Positions 1-12,038 of a DNA stretch of 64,000 nt are shown piece after piece. The notes under the pieces were generated by a model. That model worked only from the letters and a program-made list of their open reading frames with translations. It searched no databases and was not told the DNA's origin. How positions within the stretch are numbered: the stretch's first letter is position 1; the number at the start of each line of letters is the position of its first letter. Source of the stretch: Chiloscyllium plagiosum (lineage: Eukaryota); contig NC_057719.1 in NCBI RefSeq assembly GCF_004010195.1, positions 60,866,809-60,930,808 on the forward strand, given 5' to 3'. A program made the translations under genes and the position numbers.

Positions 1-320
1 CCACCCTCTCTAATCTTACTGAAACATCTGTAACCAGGAACCTCCAACAACCGTTCCTGTCCCTCTTCTATCCACGTTTCCGTGATGGCCACAACATCGT
101 AGTCCCAGGTACCGATCCATGCCTTAAGTTCACCCACCTTATTTCTGATACTCCTTGCATTGAAGTATACACACTTGAGCCCATCTCTGTGTCCGCAAGT
201 ACTCCCTGTCAGTGCTACCTTCTCCACAGCCTCCCTACATTCTTGGACATCCCTGACAAACAGCTAGCCTACTTGCTGGACTTCAAGTCCGGATCCCATC
301 CCCCTGCCAAATTAGTTTAA
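1..320 (-). mobile_element. CR1 LINE fragment (ORF1 end / ORF2 APE endonuclease start)
   Basis: Reverse strand reads CVYFNARSIRNKVGELKAWIGTWDYDVVAITETW, a typical CR1 endonuclease N-terminus. Confidence 0.9.
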
Positions 321-329
321 TTTTAGTTA

Positions 330-1180
330 ATGTTATTACTTTTGCAAGATGAATCTATGGAAGTGAGATTCAATGATCCCTAAAAGGTAGTTAAGAGTGC
401 TCCTAAAGATTCTTGTCTAGTAGATCCTTCTGATTATTGGAAGCAGAATTAGTTGCCTCCCATGAATTATGTTAAAATAATGCCTTTGCAAGGTGAAGGA
501 TAAGAAACAGCAAGTATATCAGATGTGAGAATTGTGCAGGATTACAGAGACAATAAGAATGAGGTAATGAGGTAGACCCCAGGAGGGAGGTGAGTTGAGA
601 TTGTTCACAATGTGAACCTTCTATAATCCAAAGAGCTAAAATTAAAATACTCAATTACTCAACATCCTTCCTCTAAGGATGTATTTTCATCCTTAGAGGA
701 AGGATAACAGAAAGATTGAATAAACAAACTTAAGAAATTCAATGAAACCTGTAAAGATAAACCAGGATGTACTGTGTTAGCCATTTGATCATGCAATGGA
801 ATTAATATCAATAAAACAACATCCTTATCAGTTAAGCCTGATAAAGCAAGCTCAAGTGGAATCATAGATTCAATACATGCATGAAAATCACCAGATTGAA
901 CTTAGCCAAACTATTCTGAGTTCATTGGTATTGTTAATTCTTCAGCAGAATGGGTTGACTAGAAAAGTAAATGCTGCTTGAAAACATATGAGTAACCAAT
1001 TCATTGGTTTGAAGATTTCATTGATAACATTGCTTCATTTCTTTCCAGAATTGATCTATTGGAGAAGTGCTGGCAAGTACCAGTAACATCAAAATCTAAG
1101 GAGATGTCAGCCTTTGTTATACCAAATCAGTGTATATTGTTGTCAAGTTATACCATTGATCATCAAAACTGCCTTAAGAC
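330..1180 (+). mobile_element. Degenerate Gypsy LTR-retrotransposon pol (RT) remnant
   Basis: IKQHPYQLS...IQYMHEN and FLSRIDLLEKCWQVPVTSKSKEMSAFVIP resemble Gypsy RT motifs; contains stops and frameshifts; 5' boundary uncertain. Confidence 0.75.
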
Positions 1181-1339
1181 CTGGGAAGGCAGTAATGAAG
1201 AGAATGACCTTGGTGCATGAGCAGTCAAATACAGTTTTTTCTGGACTTGCAAATAATGATGACAGCATCAGTTGGCATAAGCATAAAGGAACTGTTTCTG
1301 TCCCTCAGGGCATTCATGCCATTTTAGCAACTGACTAGC

Positions 1340-1640
1340 CACGCGTTCATGAGAGTAGAAACCACTTTTGTTCAGGAAGCTGTTTGGGTCACAGATCAGA
1401 ATCAATATAGTTGCATGCGCCATCATTAATGACCAGCATTTTGGGGAAACTTGCTTTTTGACCAAAAATGTTGCTATCTATTTTCCGTGGAGAAACTGAT
1501 AAAGTTCTTTGCCAGGAGAAACAATTTCATTTTACTTACTTGATGCAGCAATATGTTGCTGTTTGTGAGATTGAGCAGACATCATCTACTGATGCTTTAA
1601 AGAACTATCTGTCGGGAAATTGAAGGGCAGTTATTTTCTT
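1340..1640 (-). mobile_element. PIF/Harbinger transposase remnant
   Basis: FLNKSGFYS resembles the HARBI1-type FxNRKGFHS motif; upstream ISQTATYCCIK resembles ISQSxVxRCI. Confidence 0.5.
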
Positions 1641-1668
1641 GATAGTCACTGACTAAACCATCTTTATC

Positions 1669-2090
1669 TTGATGGTTATCCACTTTGGTGGCAAGAACAG
1701 GAAGGCAGATTACTACCTAAATGGAGTCCAGTTAGGAGGATTGGACACTCTGGCAGCAGGAAACATGTTTCCGCTGATGGGTGAGTGCCGAACCAGAGGA
1801 CACAGCTTAAAAATACGGGGTAGTCCATTTAGGATAGAGCTCAGGAGAAACTTCTTCACACAGAGAGTGGTGGGTGTGTGGAATGCTCTGCCACAGGGGG
1901 CAGTGGAGGCCTAGTCTCTGGATTCGTTTAAGAAAGAGTTGGATAGAGCTCTCAAGGATAGTGGAATCAAGGATTATGGAAATAAGGCAGGAGCAGGATA
2001 CTGATTGAGGATGATCAGCCATGATCATAATGAATGTTGGTGCAGGTTCGAAGGGCAGAATGGCCTACTCCTGCACCTATTGTCTATTGA
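1669..2090 (+). mobile_element. CR1 LINE 3' end, internally deleted
   Basis: VIHFGGKNRKADY...TRGHSLKIRG...RRNFFTQRVVGVWNALP followed by CR1 3'UTR ending CCTATTGTCTATTG. Confidence 0.9.
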
Positions 2091-2779
2091 CACTGGTCTG
2101 CAAGTTTGACTCCAGGAAGCAGCATTTTTCCACATCAGCTCCCTTGTAAATTGGTAACGTAATTGTAAGTATGTAATGACTGTCTAAATGTATAAATCCT
2201 CCTTGGATCCTCATCTTTCTCCTCCAAAACTAACAATTGTAATAGCAAGTCAGAACAGCCTGCTTGAATTGCACTTGCAATCATTTATAGACAACAGACA
2301 GCATCCTGCTAGAACTTATAAAAATCAAGCCCTGAAGTAAAGTGAATGATTAAAGGCTAAAAGTAACAAAAAGAATCTGCAGAATGTGTTTTTACTGAAA
2401 ACTTAAACACCAAGACTCCCCTTTCAAATATCTTCTATAAGACAGAAAACAGAATCTGAACATCAAGATGGTCATAGAAACACAGCACATTGTTCTTGTT
2501 CCAATGCATATAATAGTAGAAACATCCACATTGATAGGACAATATATTTTGGGTGCTACTTCTTTACTCTCATCACTGTTAATATCATATATATTGTAAA
2601 TTCGGTGGTTCAGGCAAACCATGGACCTCAGGTTTCTATATAATAAAATGAAATATACTCATACTGTCAGTTCTCTTAACACATTCAAATAAAATCCAAT
2701 CATCCATGGAAAAAGTTAAAATAAATTCATTCAATAAACTATAAACAAATCTGCATTATTCTGTTATTTCTCACTTCCT

Positions 2780-3036
2780 AGGAACAGTAGCATACTGACA
2801 ATGTTACTGGACTCCTTACCCAGATACCCAGATTAATGCTCTGGGGACTTGTGTACAAATCTCACTATGACGGCTCGTGGGATTTCATTTCAAATAACGA
2901 TGTAAGACTAGTTCAAATGAAAGTGCCTCTGAAATTATTGGATTGCCTAAAAATCTCTGCTGGTTCACTAATGTTCTTTATGGAATTAAAGTTACATGCT
3001 TATCTAACCTCCTATTTAGCTTCTATGTGACTCCAG
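2780..3036 (+). mobile_element. Degenerate tRNA-headed SINE-like element, same family as 62000-62300
   Basis: Similar to 62000-62300 (AATGCTCTGGGGAC...GGTTCACTAATG...ATGTGACTCCAGA). Confidence 0.55.
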
Positions 3037-4970
3037 AAACATAGAAAATAGGCGCAGGAGTAGACTCTTTGGCCCTTCGAGCCTGCACCACCATTCAATA
3101 TGATCATGGTTAATCATGCAATTTCAGTATCACGTTCCTGCTTTTTCTCCATAGCTCTTGATCCCTTTATCCGCTAGGGCCCATACAGCTTTCTCTTGAA
3201 TATATCTAATGAACATGTCCCAAAAGCTTTCTGTGGAAGAGAATTCCACAGGTTCACAACTCGCTGACTGAAGAAAGTTTTCCTCATCTCATTCAATTCA
3301 GGCTTTCTCCATAAATCACTCGTTCCATCCCAAGAATCAGTCTGGTCAACCTTCACTGGACTCCCTCAATAGCAAGAATGCCTTTCCACAGACTAGGAGA
3401 CCAAACCTGCACACAATACTCAAGATGTGGCCTCACCAAGGTTCTGTATAATTGTAGTAAGATATCCCTACTCTGATACTCAAATCTTTTTGCTATGAAG
3501 GCTAGCATGCCATTAGCTTTTCTCATTACCTGCTGCACCTGCATGCCAACCTTCAGTGATTGTTCCACTATGACAGCCAAGTCTCATTGCACCTCACCGT
3601 TTCCTAAACTGTCCCTATTCAGATTATTATCTGCCCTCACGTTTGTGTGACCAAAGTGGATAATCTCACATTTATCCACATTATATTGCATGTGCCAAGT
3701 ATCTGTCCACTCAGCCAGTCAGTCCAAATCACCCTCAACCTCCTCGCATCTTCCTCACAGCATACACTGCTTAGTGTCATTTGCAAATTTGGAGATATTG
3801 CATTCAATTATTTTGTCCAAGTTGTTAATGTATATTTTGTTAATGTCCCAGCACTGAACCCTGCAGCACCCCACTCATCACTGCCTGCCACTCTGAAAAG
3901 GCCCTGTTTATTCCAACTCTCTGTTTTCTGTCTGGCAAACCATTCTCTATCAATGTCAATACATTATCTCTGATTCCATGAGTTTTAATTTTTCTTACTA
4001 ATCTCAGGTGGAACCTTGTCAAAAGACTTTTGAAAGTCCAGACATGCAACATCTACAGATTCACCCTTGTCCATGCTACTGGTCACATCCTCAAAAAAAA
4101 TCCAGAAGATTTGTCAAGTATTATTTCCCTTTGGTGAATCCTTGCTGACTTGGACTGATTCTGGCACCGCTTTCCAAATGCTCAGTTATTATATCCTTAA
4201 TAACCGACTCCAGCATTTTCCCCATTACTGATGTCGGACTATAATTCCCCATTTTCTCTTTCCCTCCTTTTTAAAAAAAAAGTGGGGCTACATTAGCTAT
4301 AATCCATTGGAACTCTTCCAGAGTCTATAGAATGCTACAAAATGATACCAATGCATATTTCTAGGGCCACTTCCTTAGGTGCTCTGGGATGCACAGCATC
4401 GGAGCCTAGGGACTTATCAGGTTTTAATCCCATCAATTTCTCCAATACCATTTTCTAACTAATAAGGATTTCCTTCAGTTCCTCCTTCATGCTTCAGCCT
4501 CTGTCCCCTGGCATTTCTGGAAGGTTATTTATTTCCTCCTTAGTGAGGACAGATCCAAAGTATTTGTTCAACTGGTCTGCCATCCCTTTATTGGCCATTG
4601 TGAATTCAAGTGATTCTAACTGCAAGGGTCCTACATTTGTCTTCACCAATCTTTTTCTCTTCACATATCTATAGAAGCTTTTGCAGTCAGTTTTTATGTT
4701 TTCAGAAAGCTTACTTTCATATTCCCCTTCCGAATTAAACCCTTTATCCCCATCTGCTGAATTTTAAATTTGTCCCAGTCCTCAGGTTTGCTGCTTTATC
4801 TGGCCAGCTTATATGCCTCCTCTTTGGCTTTAACACTCTCCCTCATTTTCTTTGTTAGCCATGGTTGAGTCATCTTTCCTGTTTTACTGTTTGCACAATT
4901 GTTGAAGTTCATCCATGTGTTCTTTAAAAGTCTGCCATTGCCTATCCACTATCAGTCCCTTAAGTATCAG
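3037..4970 (-). mobile_element. CR1 LINE ORF2 (RT) fragment
   Basis: ORFs LYRTLVRPHLEYCVQVWSP, HGIRDNVLTLIEN, RKTFFSQRVVNLWNSLP; tail AGAAACATAGAAAA. Confidence 0.92.
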
Positions 4971-5284
4971 TAAGATGCAATTAGGACACAAACAGTTAAT
5001 GTCTCTTGTCATTGGTTAAACGCCACAACTTACAGTAACTGGTGAGAGAAAATGAAATGGTTTTCTTCATGTTTGGGATACCTTACTGGTGAGAAAGATA
5101 CACATTGTGCCCCTTGCAGCAATCTGTTCTTTCAATTACCAACATGCCATGTTTTCAAAATGTTCCAATGGTCTGATAAACAAAAACATCAAGGATTTTC
5201 TTATGCACTTCAGCGTAACTCACGGCTGAAAACCATGAATTTCAACTAAAGGTAAACTTTCTTGCAGATTTTTAAAGCATGGTA

Positions 5285-5390
5285 GATAAGCAGGAGGCTG
5301 GAAGAACACAGCAAGCCAGACAGCATCAGGAGGTGGAGAAGTCAACATTTCGGGTGCAACCCTTCTTCAGTTTTTTTTGTCTCTAACTGA
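5285..5390. mobile_element. Short Penelope-like (PLE) terminal fragment
   Basis: GCAGGAGGCTGGAAGAACACAGCAAGCC shared with 49500 and 50090; contains a hammerhead-like core. Confidence 0.65.
5341..5370 (-). ncRNA. Minimal hammerhead ribozyme-like core (PLE-associated)
   Basis: Minus strand CTGAAGA-A-GGGT-TGC-ACCC-GAAA-TGTTGAC: CUGANGA box, perfect stem II, GAAA box. Confidence 0.55.
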
Positions 5391-5422
5391 GATTTAAATA
5401 CGACAGGCCTCATAAGCATGAT

Positions 5423-6400
5423 GGGTGGAATTTTATAGGGGTCTGCGTGACGTGGGCTATGTCGTGATTTATGGCAGAATTGAGTAAGAAATACTGCTAG
5501 GCCTAACTCATCATCGGGAGCATCTCACTGCATCCTTTCTGATTTTATTGGGCATGAGGGAATATCGCATTGGGCAAAGACGAGTTGCCAATAAAGTGGG
5601 ATTTTAGCTTGTTAACGATGCAACTTGCCTAATTAATATTCAGCTTCCTATCTCACCAATAAATTCTCAACATGGAGGTCAAAATGTGTACCTGGAAACT
5701 TCAGGTCACCACTTACTGAGGCACTTCCATATTAAACGCTGGGCATAGGCATTTCAGGAAATGCACCATGCACACTGGCTACATGCACCCCATGTTCATG
5801 GATATTGGCATGTGTCAATCTCTAAGAATCCTAATGGCACATCTCTGATCCACATACAGGATGCTTCTGTGCTTCAGTTCTGCATATCAAGGTAAGTGCC
5901 ATTCCAACGTTGCTGCAAGGACACTTTATCCTATACACCCAACTCATGGACTGAACCAGGCGCCATTGCCAGGCTCTTTGTTTGCCACAATACTGTTCAC
6001 TCACAGCCTACCTACCTGCATTGCCTTGCCTTTCCCTTTGGCACTTTGCAACCCCATACCCTCACCCCCCAACCACAGCTGCTAGGCTCATATTACTTCT
6101 GTCTTACCTTGCCATTTAGCAAACACACAAAGCCAGTAAGCTTGTCAAACTATCAGCAGGCCTTAGTCAAGTGAAGAGAGATAAAGTGTCTCAAAGGCCA
6201 GGTACAAAACCAACACATTCTTTTTACTATGTATTGACAGATTAATCCCTGCTGCCATGCATTCTGGAGACTATGGGCTCACTCCAACGAACAGATAAAC
6301 GCAACTCTCCCGACCAGCTGTGAGAAGTTGCAACTGTTGTCAATTGGGCAACCTTCTGCATAACAAACATAAGCATATTCAGGAGGTATTCCAATTAGAA
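5423..6400 (+). mobile_element. Possible degenerate Harbinger-type element
   Basis: GGGTGGAATTTT terminus-like start, an AAG|GTAAGT donor at about 5890 and a TTGACAG acceptor at 6240, resembling the split Myb-like gene; weak. Confidence 0.3.
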
Positions 6401-7733
6401 TGAGTGATTATTAGCATTTTCAAGGATCAAGGATGGAATAAATAAACACCTCAATAGTTTTCAGTTAATCAGGGCTTGTGTTGATTAAATTTTCAGTAGT
6501 TTCAATTGAATAAATGGATTGAAGCCCAAAGTCCAGAAAGGTTCTGGTGTCTCTGGCACAACATATGTCAGAAGGCTAACACTGCACTCTGGTCCAAACT
6601 GGTGCTCTTGCTATTGCAGATCCTTCTAACATCAAGGAGATATTACAAAATAAATATTACAAATTAAAAGTATCTCTTCAATAACAAATCCAAGTCAATT
6701 GTTTGCCGACTGTATCAGTATCAAATCAATTCCGTTCTATAAAATTCCCATGCTCCAAATACAATCCGTGCATATCCCTCTGAAGTCGGTTGTCTCCAAT
6801 AAATAGCTTCAAAGAAATTTTGACTGATTTTGAACTTCCAGCAGTATAAGCATTTAAAGTTCTATCGGTCACATTAGACAATGGCTAAGTTCTCAAAGAA
6901 GTAACATTGGTGGTCTATCTATACCTTTTACACCTGAGATACATGGTTAAAACATGGTTCTCTTAATTATACAGGGATCAATGTTTCCTGTTCCTTATCC
7001 TATTCATTCTCCCAAATGAATTGCACCTACTGGCAACCTTCTCATCTCACTGCTCAGTTCTGACTAATTTCATCTTAGTGCAATGTTGTCAAGCAGCCCT
7101 CCTGTCCCTATGGCTTTAATCGATTAGCTCAACATCTCTATAATGTATCACCAGCTGCAAGAGAAGGAACTGAGCCTCTGAAGGATTTCAGCTAACAGAC
7201 AGTTTAATTACCTGTATCTCAAATACTTCTAGCTCAAACACAGCAACAAATTATTGAAATATTTGTTGTCAGTCTAATAGCTTCAATAACATGGGATGAA
7301 GAAAGAGGCAATCATCACTTACAAATCTATCAACAAATTAGTTTATATATTCAATATCAAAATGCTAAAAATGCTTGTTTGTCTGCTTCTGCCAGTTTTT
7401 GTGGTCATGGTATTTAGACTTTTCAATTGTCTTCCTTTACCAAGTATTCGTGCAAGCTGATTTATGTTTATTGTTTTACAATTTCCACAGACTCATAAAT
7501 AGTGCTATTAAGCTGCAATACCTACTAAAATGCTTTTCAAATGTCAAAGAAAACATATTATTTGCTGTGAGAATAAAAAGGGAAGTTATGTAATATTTGA
7601 GGTCACAATTTCTGACCAAACAACTCAAAGGATACATGATTCTAAATTGAAAACAAAATCTTTGCTAACATTTTGATAGTAGAAATGATTGCAGCTCAGC
7701 AAGCAAACCTACATCCAGAATAAAAATGAGTTC

Positions 7734-8133
7734 AACATTTGAATCCAAAGATTGATTAGAATTGTGACTTTCCCTTTGAAGTTGGTCCCATCATGCCCTA
7801 AAATGGGATTACTTTCAAATTTCCCACAAATAATGCAAACAGAAAGGATTGATTCCCTAAGTGATGATTCTCACAAAAATACAGCGACCAACTGAATTAG
7901 AAATTCAATGTGAAATGTGAGATGTAGTTAAGTTTTGATAAGTAGCAAATAGATGAAGCCGCCCGGAAGAATATCGTACAGAAATTGTGGGAAGTAATTA
8001 GCCATGATGAAACTAGCCAGCAGGCCAACAACTTGTCATGGCCCAGAGGGCCAAACTGGCAAAACCCAGGCAACCGCTAAGTTAATCAGCTGACTGAGGC
8101 AAATCATCTAAAGAGTTAGGGGGTAGTTAAGAC
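7734..8133 (+). repeat. About 400-bp direct repeat, copy 1 (copy 2 at 10465-10856)
   Basis: Colinear match, e.g. CCAGCAGGCCAACAACTTGTCA and AAAACCCAGGCAACC shared. Confidence 0.9.
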
Positions 8134-8939
8134 CCTGACATTGTGTCACCCTTATAAATATTTAATGTGTGACAGTTTATATGTGAGTCATTATCTTTGC
8201 GGTTTTCAATCTCAAGCCTGAAGGTTTACTTCTTCTAAGCATTTAATTAACTTTTTTTTTGTAAATGTTATGGATTGTTAGATCTTATTTACAATGAATG
8301 AAAGCTCAAAACTAAGTCTCTCTGAGGGTTCAAAGCACATTATTGTTGACACTTCTATCTGAAATCTGCATGTGAGGCAATATACATAATCCTATCTTAA
8401 TAATAATGCAATACATTGCTGTCTAATAGAATTCACATTATCTTGCTTAGTTTTGAGATGTTGAGGTTTAAAATTCTTACCTCATTTCCAAGTGTATAGT
8501 AGTATAACTAGATTGTCAGTAAAGTCAACTGATGCCCCTTTAGGTCATTGCTCCTCCTCAATATGATATATTCACTCCAGTGATTATTAGTGGAAGAGCT
8601 TACATGTTCAAGAACGCTGTGGCTTGAAGATGACAATAAAGGTATTGCAATGGGTGAGAATCTTACGCAGCAGGGCATCACTCGGTGACCCCTCTAAGTT
8701 GGATTCTTTCCCTCACTCAGGTTGGAAAATTGTCATGCTGTAAGTTATTGTAAGCGCAAAGTCTTGAAAGAGTGATCAGGTCAATGTGCTATCTGAGACC
8801 TCAATGAACAATGGGAGTTTTAAGGGCAAAGGAAAAAGCAGAACAAATGATGGAAAAGAGAATGGTCTGTGTAGTATGTAGAGAAACATTAAAAAAAATA
8901 AACTAATTCATGTTGATGAAGCTGCTCCTTCAATAAGGT

Positions 8940-9562
8940 TATGTTGTCCTTGTATTTTTTTACAGAAGTCGTAAAACACACATACTCTGAAAAGTCTAAG
9001 TTTGACAGGTTTCAGGGCCAGTTTGATTATAGCTAACAGATACTGCTTCAGGAAAAAGACTTTCAAGTTTAAAAAAGTTGTACATTGAAAGGGTAGTGGC
9101 CAGTTCTCCCAGCCCAGCTTTTCTCTGGTTTGAGTTGGTTTTAGCAGTCTGGCTAATCACTGAAACCAGTCAGGAAGTTTTGAAGCTACTGGACCCAAAG
9201 AAGCAGGTCTATGCTGGTCCCCTCTCTCTAACATCTCTCCTGTAACACTCTGTGTTTGGTTTTACCTTTTGTGCCAAGGGGTGTTTATGGGGATTGTTGC
9301 AAATATTTGGAACAGCGTCATTACGTTGGTATAATCTGTTGGATTTTTGGACAGGTTAAATGATTTTGTATTCTGTTCTCTTTTGTTTGGGTTTCATTTG
9401 GTAATTTTGTAAATAAATTCTGTTTTGTTTAGAACTAAGTGGTTTGACTGGTTGCATCCCTCCTGGAATATCTGTGTTACACCTCCTGAAAACAACTAGC
9501 AAAGATAGGATACGGGCCACTTCCTTAAAATTCCTTGATTGGATCTGGCCTGGTCCATAACA
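8940..9562 (+). mobile_element. Probable solo LTR
   Basis: TG...CA ends (TGTTGT...CCATAACA), AATAAA at about 9412, non-coding. Confidence 0.45.
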
Positions 9563-9859
9563 CATGGTATGTGAGTATTGCTGAGAATGGTGGTAGTGAA
9601 TTGCATTCGTGAACCAAAGTGCTATTAGGGAGGGAATTTCAGGATTTTAACCTAGCGACCTATGGAACATTAGCATCAGCACTGGGGAAAGAGAAGTTGT
9701 TTCGTTGGGATAGACTTCATTTGAACCATGCTGGGAACAGAATCCAGCACAACTGAAATAAATAAATATGATTCCAGAGCTATTATGAATATATGCTTAC
9801 AGGGTGACCAAAACTGAGACCTAAATTTTCAAGTATGTCTGTTGGTCTAGAAAACAGAC

Positions 9860-10425
9860 CTTATGATCCCAGCTGGTGTACTACTGGACAAGACATTTGT
9901 AGACTGAAATATGCTTTGGTTTGGTTTTAACAAAATAGTTTATCACTGAAACATAAGCTCAGAAATGTTGCAGATTTTGTTTGAGTAAAGATTTCCAAAT
10001 ATGCAGAAGTACAGTATAATCCAATTAATCATAAAACATCTGAAAAGAAAAGAATAAACAGCTTTTGTATAGGACCCCTCTTACAAAACCAAAAAACCAC
10101 TCATACAATAGCCAAACTTGTGACTCCAATTTAGACTGGAACTGCAGCTTCTCCCTGGAGCTATTATATACATGTGCTCAAATGTACTCAGCTTTAAATA
10201 ACACCAACACTTCATTCTAAGGTAACCTAGCTCACTATATATATTTCACTTTGCAGGAATACAGCCATCTTCATTCAATAGGACTGTCCAACTCAAAATA
10301 AAACTGAAACCAAAATTCTTCCTTTTAAGCTATGGGTGTTTCTCTTAACTGTCACTGGTGTACAAAAATGCATTAATTGTAAAGTGAGACCTCAAAACTG
10401 TTTTGAAAGAAATTAGCGTGGCCAC
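9860..10425 (-). mobile_element. Probable solo LTR (second family)
   Basis: TTATGATCCCAG...GTGGCCACA termini, non-coding; recognised by pattern only. Confidence 0.35.
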
Positions 10426-10464
10426 AGAAGCTTGTGTAAGATAGTTATTAGCATCAGAATGCTA

Positions 10465-10856
10465 AACATTTGAATCCATAAATTGATCAGGATTGTGACT
10501 ATCGCTTAAAAGATGTTCCAATCCTGCCCTAAAATAGGAGTATTTACAGATTTCCCACAAACGATGCAAACAGAAATAAATGATTCGCCTTGTGTGAATA
10601 TTTACAGAAAAATACAGTGAGCAACTGAAATAGAAGTTCAATGTGAGATGTATTTAAGTTTTAATAAACAGCAATAGATGAAGCAGCCCTGAAGAATTTC
10701 ATGCGGAAATTGTAGAAGTAACTAGCAACAATCAAACTAACCAGCAGGCCAACAACTTGTCAAGGTCCAGAGGACCAAACTGGAAAAACCCAGGCAACCA
10801 CTAAATTAATCAGCTGATCTGAGGCAAATGAATTAGAGTTAGAGGATAGTTAAGAC
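10465..10856 (+). repeat. About 400-bp direct repeat, copy 2
   Basis: Matches 7734-8133. Confidence 0.9.
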
Positions 10857-10879
10857 TATTTCCATTCTCTCCATTCCTC

Positions 10880-11830
10880 AACAACCAGCACATCGCCTTA
10901 TTGCCTGCTCCAGCTGTGCAGAGCAGAGCACACCAGGATGATGTAGCACACTTTGTCTCGACAAAACTGGAGAGACACACCCACAACGATCCAAGCTGGA
11001 ACTACTTATTCAACAGATCTATACTCTGCTTCTGGCCCTGGTGGAGGCATGGGCAGCATTAAACCTGCATTCCACATCATTAAACTGGTTCATGAGCTAA
11101 GGTCACAGTCAGCAGCCTTTGTTGCCCAGTAGCCAGCCTTGTAAGTATCATGAACCCTCAAATACACCAGGTACACGAGACACTTGAGAGATACATACAT
11201 GAGCGTGCTCCAAGATGTAGGAGTCTGGGTATTGAGCATACACCTCCAAGAAGTGATAATAGTGATCACAGATAGTCCTGACACTTATTGAAGTCTGCAG
11301 CATTATGATGTGGTCCTCTCAATGCCATGTATTGATGACATCCTGTACCTGGAGAAAGCAGCTATATTCCAGGCTATCCAGGCTGCAGCACTTGCCTCAT
11401 AACTGGCAAACGAAATGAACCGATCCAATCTTATGTAGGTAGCATTGATAACTGTCCTGATGCATTTGTGGGTGACAACTAGGATATCCCCTGTAGGGCT
11501 CATGTCAATTCCTGAAAGGAGCCAGTCACATAGAGGTTCAGAGACACAGTGGCCTTTACTGCCACCAGAACACAATAGTCTCCCACTACTCTCCAGTCCC
11601 AATCCAGCTTCCAGCACAGTTCATCAATATGGCTGACAGAGCATACATTGTCACTGCATCTCGTTCATCACCAGGAAATTGTGTCACAGTCTAAAACCTC
11701 TACATCTCCTGCACACCACACTCATCTTGATGTGACCTATTGTTGTAGCTGCTTGGCTAGCTGTTCGTTCTGTTCCACCTGCATCTATCTTTTCCTTTTT
11801 AAACAGGCAGAATGAGCGACCAATATGCCA
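10880..11830. mobile_element. Possible degenerate Harbinger element
   Basis: Plus-strand IMNPQIHQVHETLERY resembles the transposase C-terminal LMTP..P....ExRYN motif; weak. Confidence 0.3.
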
Positions 11831-12038
11831 CTAGTGGCAGGGGCCAAGCACTCTCAATGGACCTAAATCATGAACAGAAGATACAAAAGAGTTTCTCACG
11901 TTTCAGAACAGTCATTAGTTGTGGACTTTCCAGATGGGGGCTGAGCGCACATCATGACTCACTGGTAAATACTGCAAGTTGATAATGGAGAACATGCATT
12001 GAACACCCTCTATTTGCCTCAACAGATGCAATGACTTA

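Noticed and set aside
7734-10856. Direct repeats as an LTR pair
   Set aside because: No TG...CA termini, PBS, PPT or internal gag/pol
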